64,000 nucleotides of DNA from Acidimicrobiia bacterium (GTDB taxonomy: Bacteria; Actinomycetota; Acidimicrobiia; IMCC26256; PALSA-610): NCBI GenBank assembly GCA_038320885.1, contig JBBQER010000002.1, positions 43,086 through 107,085 on the forward strand, in the 5' to 3' direction. Positions 52,027 to 60,969 of this stretch are shown one piece after another (position 1 is the stretch's first letter; each line of letters begins with the position of its first letter). The position numbers and the translations under genes were made by a program. The notes under the pieces were generated by a model. The model made no database searches. It saw only the letters and a list, made by a program, of their open reading frames with translations, and was not told where the DNA came from.

Positions 52027-54402
52027 GTGACTGCAGCATGGCTGTGGGGCCGGTCCGAGCTCCGGGCGAGGTGGCGCTCGTGGGTCATCCTCGGGGTGTT
52101 GGCGGGCGCCACGTTCGGGTTGGCGGCGGCGGGACTGGCGGGGGCGCGGCGCACATCAGTTGCGTTGCCACGCTTCATCGAGGTGGCGCACTTCCCGACC
52201 GCCGCGCTGTTGGCGAACGACTCGTCGTTCGACGCCGCCAAGCAACGCGCGGTTGCCGAGCTGCCCGAAGTGCAGCGCGTGTACCCCTTCGAGATCGCTA
52301 TCTTGATCCAAGACAAGCCGATCAACGACGGTGGCGGGCTCATTCCCACCACGGACGTCTCGGCGCAACTGTTCTCCATCCCACTCGTCGAGGGGCGCGC
52401 GACCAATCCGGCACGCGCGGACGAGATCGTGGTCGATCAGAACCTGCAGCGCCGGTTCAAGCTCGGGCTGGGCGCAACGGTGACGATCGGCCAGTCGATC
52501 TCTCCCGATGCGATCAAATCGATCCCGCCCGGGATGCTGGCCCCCGGCGTCGATCCGAACTACGAGCAGAAGCTGACCGTCGTCGGCATCTCCAAGTCGG
52601 TGAACTCCGACACGAGTTGGGCGCCGTCAGCCGGCTTCTACGCCAAGTACGGACACCGCACCGCGGGATTCGTGAACGAGTTCACGACGCTGCGCCGAGG
52701 TGAAGCTGATCTGCCGCGCTTCGAGCGAGACGTCGAACGGATCATCGGCCACCCGGTCAACGTCGAGAGCTTCGCCCAGCTGTTGGGCATCCCGAAGGTG
52801 AGGAATCTGCTGCGCGTCGAGCAGGACGGCTTGCTCCTCTTCGCGCTGGCAGTCCTGGTCGTGGGCGGAGTGCTGATCGGTCAGGCGCTCGCGCGAGCGG
52901 TCAACGCGAGCGCGTCCGAGCTCCCGACCTGGCGGGCGATCGGCGCCGACCGCGGCATCGCGCTACGGGCGCTGGTCGCGCCGGCGACCGTCACGGCCGT
53001 GGTCGGAGCGACAACGGGCGTCGCGGTGGCGATCGCGTCCTCACGCCAGTTCCCGATCAGCCAGGCCCGCCGGTTCGACCTCGACGTCGGCGTGCACGCC
53101 GATTGGTTCGTGTTGGGCATCGCCGCGGCCGCGGTCGTGGGCGCAGTGATGGCGATCGCGTTCGTGTCGGCGCTCTGGGCGCTCTCGGGCCGCCGGACCG
53201 AAGATCGGTCACCGTCGTGGGCGGGAAAGTGGGCGGCCCGGCTCGGGCTTCCACCCGCGTTGGCCATCGGCTCGCGGCTGGCCGTGGAACCGGGTCGGGG
53301 ACGGCGGGCCGTACCGGTTCGATCGGCACTGATCGGCGCAATCGTCGGCGTGATCGGCGTCGTCGGTTGCTTCACCTTCCGGGCCGGGCTCACCGACGCC
53401 GTCGCCAGCCCGCAACGTTCCGGGATCGTGTGGGACTTCGAGATCGCCTCGGGTGAGGGGTCGCTCGCGGCCAAGGACATCGCGACCATCACCCACGATC
53501 ACGACGTGAAGGGCGCGCTCCACGCGGCCTGGTTCCGCGCCGTACGCGTCAATGGTGTCGCGACACCGACGTGGGGAACCGAGACGTTGAAAGGCGCAAC
53601 GACGCCCGTCGTCCTGACCGGGCGGGCGCCCAAAGCTCGCGACGAGATCGCGTTCGGGCCGGCGACGGCCGAGACCCTGAAGCTCCACATCGGTGATCGC
53701 GTTTCCGTCGGCGACGCCACGACGACCCGCGCCACCGTGGTCGGCACCGCGCTGGTGCCCGCGTCGTCGCATACGGACTACGACCAGGGCGGCTGGATGA
53801 CCAACGCCGGGCTGCGCGCGGCGCTGAAGTCTTCCCATCAACTGAATGCCAACGACTACGAGGACTACATGTTCGTGCGGTGGGCGCCGGGCACGAACAT
53901 CAAGGCCGCGGAGCACCGGTACGCCTCGCTGCACGCGGGGAGCGATGCCTGGTACACGATGCCCGCCACGCTCCCGACGCAAGTGGTCAGCCTCGGCGAG
54001 CTGCGCTCGCTCCCACTTGCGCTCGGTGTGTTCTTCGCGTTGCTGGCGTCGGCGACGGTTGCCCACGCGCTCGTCACGACGGTGCGCCGTCGGCGCCAAG
54101 AGCTGGCCGTGTTGCGCTCCATCGGCTTCACCCGGCTCCAGACGCGCGTCGCGATTGGCTGGCAGGCGACGTTGATCGCCGTCGTCGGCCTGATCGTCGG
54201 GATACCTCTCGGCATCGGCACCGGACAACTCACGTGGCGTTGGCTCGCCGACAGCTTCCCCGTCGTCTACGTGGCGCCGTTCGCGCTCGTCGCGCTCCTA
54301 CTCGTGATCCCGGCCGCGATCCTGCTAGCAAATGTGCTAGCGGCCGTGCCGGCGCAATCGGCGGCCCGCATACGCCCCGCGGAAGCACTGCGCACGGAGT
54401 GA
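52027..54402 (+). CDS. FtsX-like ABC transporter permease with two FtsX domains
   Basis: About 790 aa with two 4-TM FtsX-type modules and typical ends (...LRSIGFTRLQ..., AARIRPAEALRTE). The start is uncertain (GTG 52027 chosen). Confidence 0.7.
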   Translation: MTAAWLWGRSELRARWRSWVILGVLAGATFGLAAAGLAGARRTSVALPRFIEVAHFPTAALLANDSSFDAAKQRAVAELPEVQRVYPFEIAILIQDKPINDGGGLIPTTDVSAQLFSIPLVEGRATNPARADEIVVDQNLQRRFKLGLGATVTIGQSISPDAIKSIPPGMLAPGVDPNYEQKLTVVGISKSVNSDTSWAPSAGFYAKYGHRTAGFVNEFTTLRRGEADLPRFERDVERIIGHPVNVESFAQLLGIPKVRNLLRVEQDGLLLFALAVLVVGGVLIGQALARAVNASASELPTWRAIGADRGIALRALVAPATVTAVVGATTGVAVAIASSRQFPISQARRFDLDVGVHADWFVLGIAAAAVVGAVMAIAFVSALWALSGRRTEDRSPSWAGKWAARLGLPPALAIGSRLAVEPGRGRRAVPVRSALIGAIVGVIGVVGCFTFRAGLTDAVASPQRSGIVWDFEIASGEGSLAAKDIATITHDHDVKGALHAAWFRAVRVNGVATPTWGTETLKGATTPVVLTGRAPKARDEIAFGPATAETLKLHIGDRVSVGDATTTRATVVGTALVPASSHTDYDQGGWMTNAGLRAALKSSHQLNANDYEDYMFVRWAPGTNIKAAEHRYASLHAGSDAWYTMPATLPTQVVSLGELRSLPLALGVFFALLASATVAHALVTTVRRRRQELAVLRSIGFTRLQTRVAIGWQATLIAVVGLIVGIPLGIGTGQLTWRWLADSFPVVYVAPFALVALLLVIPAAILLANVLAAVPAQSAARIRPAEALRTE

Positions 54403-54424
54403 CGCGCCCAGATCGAGGAACGCC

Positions 54425-55390
54425 ATGTTCATAGTGCGCTTCGGCATGCGCTCGAACACCTCCGACCCAGAGGCGCGGAGCGCGATGTACGGTGCGGCGC
54501 TCGACATGACGTCGTGGGCAGAGACGAGAGGCTGCGTCGCGACGGTGTTGTCCGAGCATCACGCGGCCGACGACGGCTACCTGCCATCGCCCGTCCCGCT
54601 CGCAGCCGCGATCGCGGCGCGCACGACGACCATGCCGATCAACGTCGCCGCGCTCCTGCTGGCCTTGTACGAACCGGTGAAGCTGGCCGAAGACCTCGCG
54701 ATCGTCGATCTCGTGAGCCGCGGTCGGGTGTCGTACGTGATCGGGATCGGATATCGCGCCGAAGAGTTCGAGATGTTCGGCGTCGACCCGCGCGACCGCG
54801 GCCGCCTGGTGGAGGCGCGTATCGGTCTGCTGCGCCGGCTGTGGTCCGGCGAGGAGGTCGAGGTCGAGGGCCGGCGCGCACGCGTGACACCGCTCCCCTA
54901 CACGCCGGGCGGGCCGATGCTCGCGTACGGAGGCGGCACCGAGGTCGCCGCCCGGCGGGCGGCCCGCCTCGGCATGTTCTTCCTCGCCGAGAGCCACGAC
55001 TCCGGCCTGGAGGCGGCGTATGCCGCGGAGGCCGAATCGGCCGGCGTGGCTGCCCCCGGCTGCTCCTTCCCGACGGCGGGAGTACCGCTCACCGTGTTCG
55101 TCGCCGACGATCCCGACCGGGCCTGGGCCGAGATCGGCGAGTTCCTCCTCGCCGACGCGACGAGCTACGCGCAATGGAACGCGAATCGACGGGGCATGGC
55201 GTCGCTGTCGTTCGCGAGCACCGTCGGGGAGCTCAGAGCCGAACGCGGCGAATACCAGATCATCACGCCCGCCGAAGCTGCGTCCTTGGTCGCACGAGGC
55301 GTGACCCTCGCGCTCCAACCACTCGTCGGCGGGATCCCACCCGACATGGCGTGGCGCTACCTCGAAGCGGCCGCGGCCGTCGCCGGCTAG
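54425..55390 (+). CDS. LLM-class flavin-dependent oxidoreductase
   Basis: MFIVRFGMRSN...VLSEHHAADDGYLPSP...GRVSYVIGIGYRAEEFEMFG. Confidence 0.7.
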   Translation: MFIVRFGMRSNTSDPEARSAMYGAALDMTSWAETRGCVATVLSEHHAADDGYLPSPVPLAAAIAARTTTMPINVAALLLALYEPVKLAEDLAIVDLVSRGRVSYVIGIGYRAEEFEMFGVDPRDRGRLVEARIGLLRRLWSGEEVEVEGRRARVTPLPYTPGGPMLAYGGGTEVAARRAARLGMFFLAESHDSGLEAAYAAEAESAGVAAPGCSFPTAGVPLTVFVADDPDRAWAEIGEFLLADATSYAQWNANRRGMASLSFASTVGELRAERGEYQIITPAEAASLVARGVTLALQPLVGGIPPDMAWRYLEAAAAVAG

Positions 55391-55488
55391 GACTCGGGCT
55401 ACCGCTCAGGCTTGCGGCCCCACGCGGTGACTGAGACGGCGAGAGGATCGCGAAGGCCGGCTCACGCGCCTGGGCGATCGCGCGGCGA

Positions 55489-55741
55489 GCGTGATCCCAC
55501 GATTCTTCGGTACACCGGGATCCGTGCGAACGAGCAGGATCGCGTCGTCGCACACGTGCGCGTTCGATGTCCAGACCTTCTGCCCGTTGACGACGAACTC
55601 CTCTCCGTCGCGTTCGGCGCGCGTCGCGAGGCTCGCGAGGTCGATGCAAGCCGACGGCTCGCGGAACAACTGGCACCACGCCTCGTCCGCGCGGAGGAGG
55701 GGGCGCAGAAGGAGCGACCGCTGGGCCGCGGTTCCGTGGCC
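55489..55741 (-). pseudogene. acyl-CoA dehydrogenase remnant (middle-domain fragment only)
   Basis: GHGTAAQRSLLLRPLLRADEAWCQLFREPSACIDLASLATRAERDGEEFVVNGQKVWTSNAHVCDDAILLVRTDPGVPKNRGIT parallels the ACAD segment ...GT.EQ....P.....E.WCQ.FSEP.AGSDLASL.T.A..DG...V.NG.K.WTS.A. No N- or C-terminal ACAD domains flank it. Confidence 0.55.
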
Positions 55742-55771
55742 CAGCAGAACGTCCCGTGTAAAGATCACGCC

Positions 55772-56983
55772 ATGTTCCACGATCCCGCGACCTTTGCGAA
55801 CGGCTTCCCGCACGAGACGTTCCGATCCTTGCGCCGCGACGATCCCGTCTCGCACCACGAGCACCCGCTCTGGAAGCGCGGCTACTGGGTGATCGCGCGC
55901 CACGCCGACGTGCAGCGCGTCTCCCGCGACTCCGACACCTTCAGCAACGCGCCGAACCCGTTCCTCGACGGCGAGATGGCAGAAGACGACCCGACCATGT
56001 CGGAGCTGCTCATCAGCCAGGATCCTCCGCTGCACACGAAGCTGCGCAAGTTGATCAACAAGGGATTCACGCCTCGCCGTGTGGCGCAGCTCGAAGACCG
56101 GGTTCGCGAGCGCGTCGACCGCATCGTCGACGCGCTCGCCGGCCGGCACGAGTGCGATCTCGTGACCGACATCGCGCTGTGGCTCCCGCTGCACGTCATC
56201 GCCGATCTCGTGGGCGTTCCCGAGGAAGATCGTGAACAGGTGTTCCGCTGGACGGAGATGACGTTCGGCTTCGACGAGTCGGTCACACCGGACGAGCGAG
56301 CCGACGCCGCGGCCGCGATGTACATGTACGCCGACGCGCTGTGCGAGCAGCGCCGTTCCGAACCGCGCGACGACCTCATGAGCGTGCTCATCACCGCCGA
56401 GGTCAACGGCGAGTCGCTCACCCAGATGCAGATCGACTTGTTCTTCCTGCTGTTGCAGAACGCGGGCAGCGAGACGACACGCAACCTCATCACCACGGGT
56501 TTGATCGTGCTGCTCGAGAACCCCGATCAGCGCGAGCGACTCCGCGCCGACCCCTCGCAGTTGCCGGCCGCGATCGAAGAGCTCCTGCGGTGGGTCAGCC
56601 CGGTCATGCAGTTCACCCGGCGGGCGACGAAGGACACCGAAGTCGCCGGGCGCTCGATCGCGGCCGGCGAACGCGTCGTGCTGGTGTATCCGTCCGCCAA
56701 CCGCGACGAGCGCGCCTTCGACGATCCCGACCAGCTCGACCTCACGCGTTCCCCCAACGACCATGTCGCGTTCGGTGCCGGCGGGCCGCACTTCTGCCTC
56801 GGAGCGAATCTCGCCCGGTTCGAAGCGAGGGTGATGTTCGAGGCGTTGCACACGCGCTTCGAGGGACTCGAAGTCGCCGCACCGGTCGACCCGCTGCCGC
56901 GCGTCCACTCCAACCTGATCGACGGATACGCGCACGTGCCGATTCGCTGGGACTCGCTGCAACCGGCCGGAGCGCGTCCATGA
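55772..56983 (+). CDS. cytochrome P450
   Basis: Internal ATG 55772. AGSETT (I-helix), EELLRW (ExxR), and the heme loop FGAGGPHFCLGANLA. Confidence 0.9.
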   Translation: MFHDPATFANGFPHETFRSLRRDDPVSHHEHPLWKRGYWVIARHADVQRVSRDSDTFSNAPNPFLDGEMAEDDPTMSELLISQDPPLHTKLRKLINKGFTPRRVAQLEDRVRERVDRIVDALAGRHECDLVTDIALWLPLHVIADLVGVPEEDREQVFRWTEMTFGFDESVTPDERADAAAAMYMYADALCEQRRSEPRDDLMSVLITAEVNGESLTQMQIDLFFLLLQNAGSETTRNLITTGLIVLLENPDQRERLRADPSQLPAAIEELLRWVSPVMQFTRRATKDTEVAGRSIAAGERVVLVYPSANRDERAFDDPDQLDLTRSPNDHVAFGAGGPHFCLGANLARFEARVMFEALHTRFEGLEVAAPVDPLPRVHSNLIDGYAHVPIRWDSLQPAGARP

Positions 56984-57064
56984 CGTCCGACGCCGAAGTC
57001 GTCACCCGGCCGATCTCCGCGACCACCACTCCCATCGATTGGGAATGGACACAATCCGTCAAAC

Positions 57065-57292
57065 ATGTACCGGGTGAAGAAGCTCGGTCATGACGCGGCC
57101 GCGCTCGAGCAGACGCGACGGGTCGGCGAAGCGCTCGTGCGAGATCTGCAAAAGCAGATGGCCGAGGACAAGGTGATCTTCGACAACAAGATCTACGTGT
57201 CGAATCCTGCACTCGCCGATGGCGACGGGCCGATTCTCCCGCTCCGCCGGTGGGCGAAGCAGTTCTACGCACCCGAGCCGCGTCCGGCGTAG
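57065..57292 (+). CDS. hypothetical protein (75 aa), possibly the 3' part of a frameshifted ~100-aa gene starting at 56980
   Basis: MYRVKKLGHDAAALEQTRRVGEALVRDLQKQMAEDKVIFDNKIYVSNPALADGDGPILPLRRWAKQFYAPEP. A 37-codon ORF (56980-57093) starts with an ATGA overlap on the P450 stop and runs into this ORF in another frame. Confidence 0.4.
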   Translation: MYRVKKLGHDAAALEQTRRVGEALVRDLQKQMAEDKVIFDNKIYVSNPALADGDGPILPLRRWAKQFYAPEPRPA

Positions 57293-57321
57293 GAGCCCGG
57301 GATGACAGACTCGCGGGTGTC

Positions 57322-58236
57322 GTGGCATCTGGATCCCTCCTCCGTATCGACGGACTGACGAAGCGTTATCCGGGCACAACCGCGCTCGACGACCTCAGCC
57401 TCGATTTGCCGCGCGGGCGCATCGGCCTCGTCGGCGCGAACGGCGCCGGCAAGACCACGACCTTTCGCCTCCTGCTCGGGCTCGCGCATCCGACCGAAGG
57501 CCACGTCGAGGTGTGCGGGCTCGACGTCGCCAAAGACCCGATCGGCGTGCGGTCGCGGCTCGGTTACATGCCCGAGCACGACTGCCTGCCGCTCGATCAG
57601 ACCGCGGCCGACGTGGTCGCGACGTTCGGCGAGTTGAGCGGGCTGCCGGCGCGCGCGGCGCGCCAACGCGCATCCGACATCCTCGAGCTCGTCGGCCTCG
57701 ACGAAGCCCGCTTCCGCGCGATCGGCGAGTTCTCGACGGGGATGCGGCAGCGCACGAAGCTCGCGCAGGCGATCGTGAGCGATCCGGAGCTCGTGCTGCT
57801 CGACGAGCCGACCGCCGGCCTCGATCCGGCCGGCCGCGACGACATGCTCGCGCTCGTCGCCCGGCTCGGGTCGTTCGGTATCTCCGTGTTGATGGCCACC
57901 CACCTGCTCGACGACGTGCAGAAGGTGTGCGACTACGTCGTGATGATCGACGCGGGTCGACTGGTCGTCGCGGGCGCGACCGACTCGCTGCTCGAGCGCA
58001 CCGGCACGGTCACCGTCGACGTCGGCCCGCACGGTGAAGAGCTGGTGGCCGCGCTCGGCCCGAGGCTGCCGGCCAAAGCGGCCGACGGCCTCGTCGAAGT
58101 CGAGATCGACGGCGACGTCGACATAGACACGCTGCGCGACCTCATCGCCGACCTGGAGCTCCCGCTCTACCGGCTCTCGACCCGCGTCACCTCGCTCGAC
58201 GAAGTGTTCCTGCATCGCGCCGAGGAGTCGGCATGA
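57322..58236 (+). CDS. ABC transporter ATP-binding protein
   Basis: GTG 57322, Walker A GANGAGKTTTF, signature FSTGMRQRTKLAQAI, Walker B LVLLDEPTAGLD. Confidence 0.85.
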   Translation: MASGSLLRIDGLTKRYPGTTALDDLSLDLPRGRIGLVGANGAGKTTTFRLLLGLAHPTEGHVEVCGLDVAKDPIGVRSRLGYMPEHDCLPLDQTAADVVATFGELSGLPARAARQRASDILELVGLDEARFRAIGEFSTGMRQRTKLAQAIVSDPELVLLDEPTAGLDPAGRDDMLALVARLGSFGISVLMATHLLDDVQKVCDYVVMIDAGRLVVAGATDSLLERTGTVTVDVGPHGEELVAALGPRLPAKAADGLVEVEIDGDVDIDTLRDLIADLELPLYRLSTRVTSLDEVFLHRAEESA

Positions 58237-59153
58237 GCCTGCTCGAAGCGGGAGGCGTCGAGGTCGGACGCGGCGGCGCCGTCTACGACCGTGGCTACCG
58301 GCCCTACGACGGACCACGCGGCCGGCGGGGCGCGGCGACGCTCGCCTTGTACAAGGCGACGATGCGACGGGCGCTGGGCATCCGGCGGTCGTGGCGTCAG
58401 AAGTTCGCGCCGTTCACGCTCCTCGCCATCGTCACGATCCCGGCGGTCGTCAACGTCGGAATCGGATACGTGACGCGCGACCGCTTCCTCACCGAGCGGA
58501 TCCACATCATCACCTATCGCGAGTACGTCGGTGTCTCAGCGGCGTTGCTGCTGTTCGTCGCGCTGGTTGCGCCCGATGTGATGTGCCCCGACCGCCGCCA
58601 GCACGTCCTCCCGCTGATGTTCGCTCGCCCGATCACGGGCATCGACTACGTCGTGGCCAAGTTCGGCGCGATCGCGACGATCCTGTTCGCGTTCTCGTTT
58701 CTCCCGCAGGTCGTGCTCTTCGTCGGCAACATGCTCGTGAGCGACAGCGCGCTCGACTACTTCACCGGTCATCTCGACGTGCTCTGGAAGGTGCCACTCG
58801 CAGTGGCACTGCTGGCCGCGTACTACGCCGTCGTCGGCGTCGCGATCTCGTCGCTCACCGACCGCCGGATCGTCGCGGGCGCGTCGATCATCGGCCTCTT
58901 CCTCGTGACGTCGATCTCGTCGGCCATCTTCGTCGGTGAGGTCCAATTCAACGACGGCTCGGCGGCCGCGCTGATCAACGTGCTCGCATTGCCCTTGTTC
59001 TTGCGCGACCTGGTGTTCCTCGGCCATATGAGTCGCCGATCACAGCTCGCGGGTGTGGCCAACGGCGGGTTGTTCGCGATCCTCGCCTACATCGCGGTCA
59101 TGGCGGTCGGCGCAATCGTGCTCCTGCGCCGGTACCGCTGGGTAGAACGATGA
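58233..59153 (+). CDS. ABC-2-type transporter permease
   Basis: ATGA overlap with the upstream ATPase. A multi-TM protein (FTLLAIVTIPAVVNVGIGYV, AIATILFAFSFLPQVVLFV...). Confidence 0.7.
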   Translation: MSLLEAGGVEVGRGGAVYDRGYRPYDGPRGRRGAATLALYKATMRRALGIRRSWRQKFAPFTLLAIVTIPAVVNVGIGYVTRDRFLTERIHIITYREYVGVSAALLLFVALVAPDVMCPDRRQHVLPLMFARPITGIDYVVAKFGAIATILFAFSFLPQVVLFVGNMLVSDSALDYFTGHLDVLWKVPLAVALLAAYYAVVGVAISSLTDRRIVAGASIIGLFLVTSISSAIFVGEVQFNDGSAAALINVLALPLFLRDLVFLGHMSRRSQLAGVANGGLFAILAYIAVMAVGAIVLLRRYRWVER

Positions 59154-60118
59154 CATTGCCTCCCGCCGCCGCACCGGATCGCGCGGATGACCCGGCGTTC
59201 GCGGACGACGCCACCGTCACAGTCAGCAATGTGTCGGTGTGGTTCCGACAGAAGGTTGCGTTGTCGGAGCTCAGCTGCTCCTTCGGGCCGGGCGTCACCG
59301 GCCTGCTCGGACCCAACGGGGCCGGCAAGACGACGCTCATGCGGGCGATCACCAGTCTCATCGATGTCAACCAAGGCACCGTGCGGGTCGAAGACAGCGA
59401 CCCCCGTCGCAATCGCGAGGTGTTCCGCCGGCTCGCCCTCGTGCCCGAGGACGAAGCCGTCCCGAGCGGACTCACGGCGCGCCAGTTCGTCCGCTACGTC
59501 GCCGACCTCCACGGCGTCGCGGATCGGGCCGCCCCGGAGAACGCGCTGGCATCCGTCGAGTTGCTCGACGTCGCCGACCGGGGCGTCGACACGTTCAGCA
59601 AGGGCATGCGGCAACGCACGAAGGTCGCGGCTGCACTCGTGTGCGATCCTTACGTGCTCGTGCTCGACGAACCGCTGAACGGCGCCGATCCGGTCCAACG
59701 GCTGCACCTCATCGCGTTGTTCAAGCGGCTCGGCGAGCAGGGCCGGACCGTGATCGTCAGCTCCCACGTCTTGAACGAGGTCGAGCGACTGGCGCCCCGC
59801 GTGATCGTTCTCATCAACGGCCGACTGGCGGCCGCGGGCGGGCACCGCGCCATTCGCGATGCGATGGACGATCGGCCCCGGCACGTGCTCGTGCGCTCCG
59901 ACGACGGCCGGCGCTTGGCGTCGGCGCTGATCGCACTCGATGCGGTCGGCGGAGTGCAATTCGACGCGATACGCAACGGGCTCGTCATCGAAACCGCGCG
60001 CGCACGCGAGGTGGCGACCGCGCTGCCGCGCCTCGCGCGCGACGAGTCGGTCCGCTTGCTCGAAGTGCGCGCGCTCGACGACTCGCTCGAGAGCTTGTTC
60101 CGGGAGCTGATCCGGTGA
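59150..60118 (+). CDS. ABC transporter ATP-binding protein (second)
   Basis: ATGA overlap. Walker A GPNGAGKTTLM, signature FSKGMRQRTKVAAAL, Walker B VLVLDEPLNGAD. Confidence 0.85.
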   Translation: MTLPPAAAPDRADDPAFADDATVTVSNVSVWFRQKVALSELSCSFGPGVTGLLGPNGAGKTTLMRAITSLIDVNQGTVRVEDSDPRRNREVFRRLALVPEDEAVPSGLTARQFVRYVADLHGVADRAAPENALASVELLDVADRGVDTFSKGMRQRTKVAAALVCDPYVLVLDEPLNGADPVQRLHLIALFKRLGEQGRTVIVSSHVLNEVERLAPRVIVLINGRLAAAGGHRAIRDAMDDRPRHVLVRSDDGRRLASALIALDAVGGVQFDAIRNGLVIETARAREVATALPRLARDESVRLLEVRALDDSLESLFRELIR

Positions 60119-60882
60119 GTGCGCCGGCACCCACAACCGCGCTCCGACCGCGGTCACCGTTCATCGCGATTCTCGTCTACACGTTGCGGTCGTGCTTCCC
60201 GCGGAAGCGGTGGGTGGCGGTGCTGGTGCCGTGTGGCGGTGCAATCCTGTTCGGGTTGCTCTCGTATGCGATCCAGGATTCGGCGCAGCGAGCCTTTGCG
60301 ACCGTAGGTGCTGACGGCATCTACGGGCTCGTGCTGCCGATCGCGGCGCTCATCATCGGCGACTCGGTGCTCGGTGCCGAGGTCCGCTCGGGCACGTTTC
60401 ACTTCACGTGGCTCTCGCCGACACCCGCCGGGCAGATCGTGCTCGGTCGCTGGCTCGGTGGCTCGCTCGTCGCGCTCGTGACGATCGCCCCGTCCGCCGC
60501 CCTCGCGGCACTCATCGCCGGTTCTCCCGACAGTGCAGTGCCCGCGTTCGTCGCGGCCGCAGTCGGCAGCGCGGCGTATGTCGCCGTGTTCATCGCGATC
60601 TCGTCGCTCACGCGGCGAACCGCGGTGTGGTCGTTGGCGTTCGTGTTCTTGATCGAGCGGTTGCTCGGCATGGCCTTGACCGGCATCGCCCAGCTCTCGC
60701 CGACCTGGGAATCACGCGCGCTCTTCCTCGGCTACCTCAAGGACGCGCCGAGCCGCATCGTCCGCGACGGGATCCCGCAGGGTGGCGCGGCGATCGTTCG
60801 GTTGTCGATCGTGACGATCGTCGTGCTGGGCGTCGCGATCTGGCGGATCGGCCACATGCGCTGGGCCGGCGCCACCGACTGA
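60115..60882 (+). CDS. ABC-2-type transporter permease (second)
   Basis: GTG 60115 overlaps the upstream stop (GTGA). A multi-TM protein (WVAVLVPCGGAILFGLLSYA, GLVLPIAALIIGDSVLG...). Confidence 0.7.
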   Translation: MSAPAPTTALRPRSPFIAILVYTLRSCFPRKRWVAVLVPCGGAILFGLLSYAIQDSAQRAFATVGADGIYGLVLPIAALIIGDSVLGAEVRSGTFHFTWLSPTPAGQIVLGRWLGGSLVALVTIAPSAALAALIAGSPDSAVPAFVAAAVGSAAYVAVFIAISSLTRRTAVWSLAFVFLIERLLGMALTGIAQLSPTWESRALFLGYLKDAPSRIVRDGIPQGGAAIVRLSIVTIVVLGVAIWRIGHMRWAGATD

Positions 60883-60969
60883 CCGGCGGCCCGGGCGCCG
60901 CGATCAGAAGGTAGCTAGCGTCGCTCCGCGAGCCGAGTTGGTGAGACGGCTGTGGGGAAGGCAGGGGCC

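Noticed and set aside
55742-56962. Upstream part of the 518-aa minus-strand ORF antisense to the P450 gene
   Set aside because: No protein-like motifs. The plus strand encodes a complete P450 with I-helix, ExxR and heme-loop motifs. Only the 3' ~250 nt of the minus ORF (the ACAD fragment) is retained.
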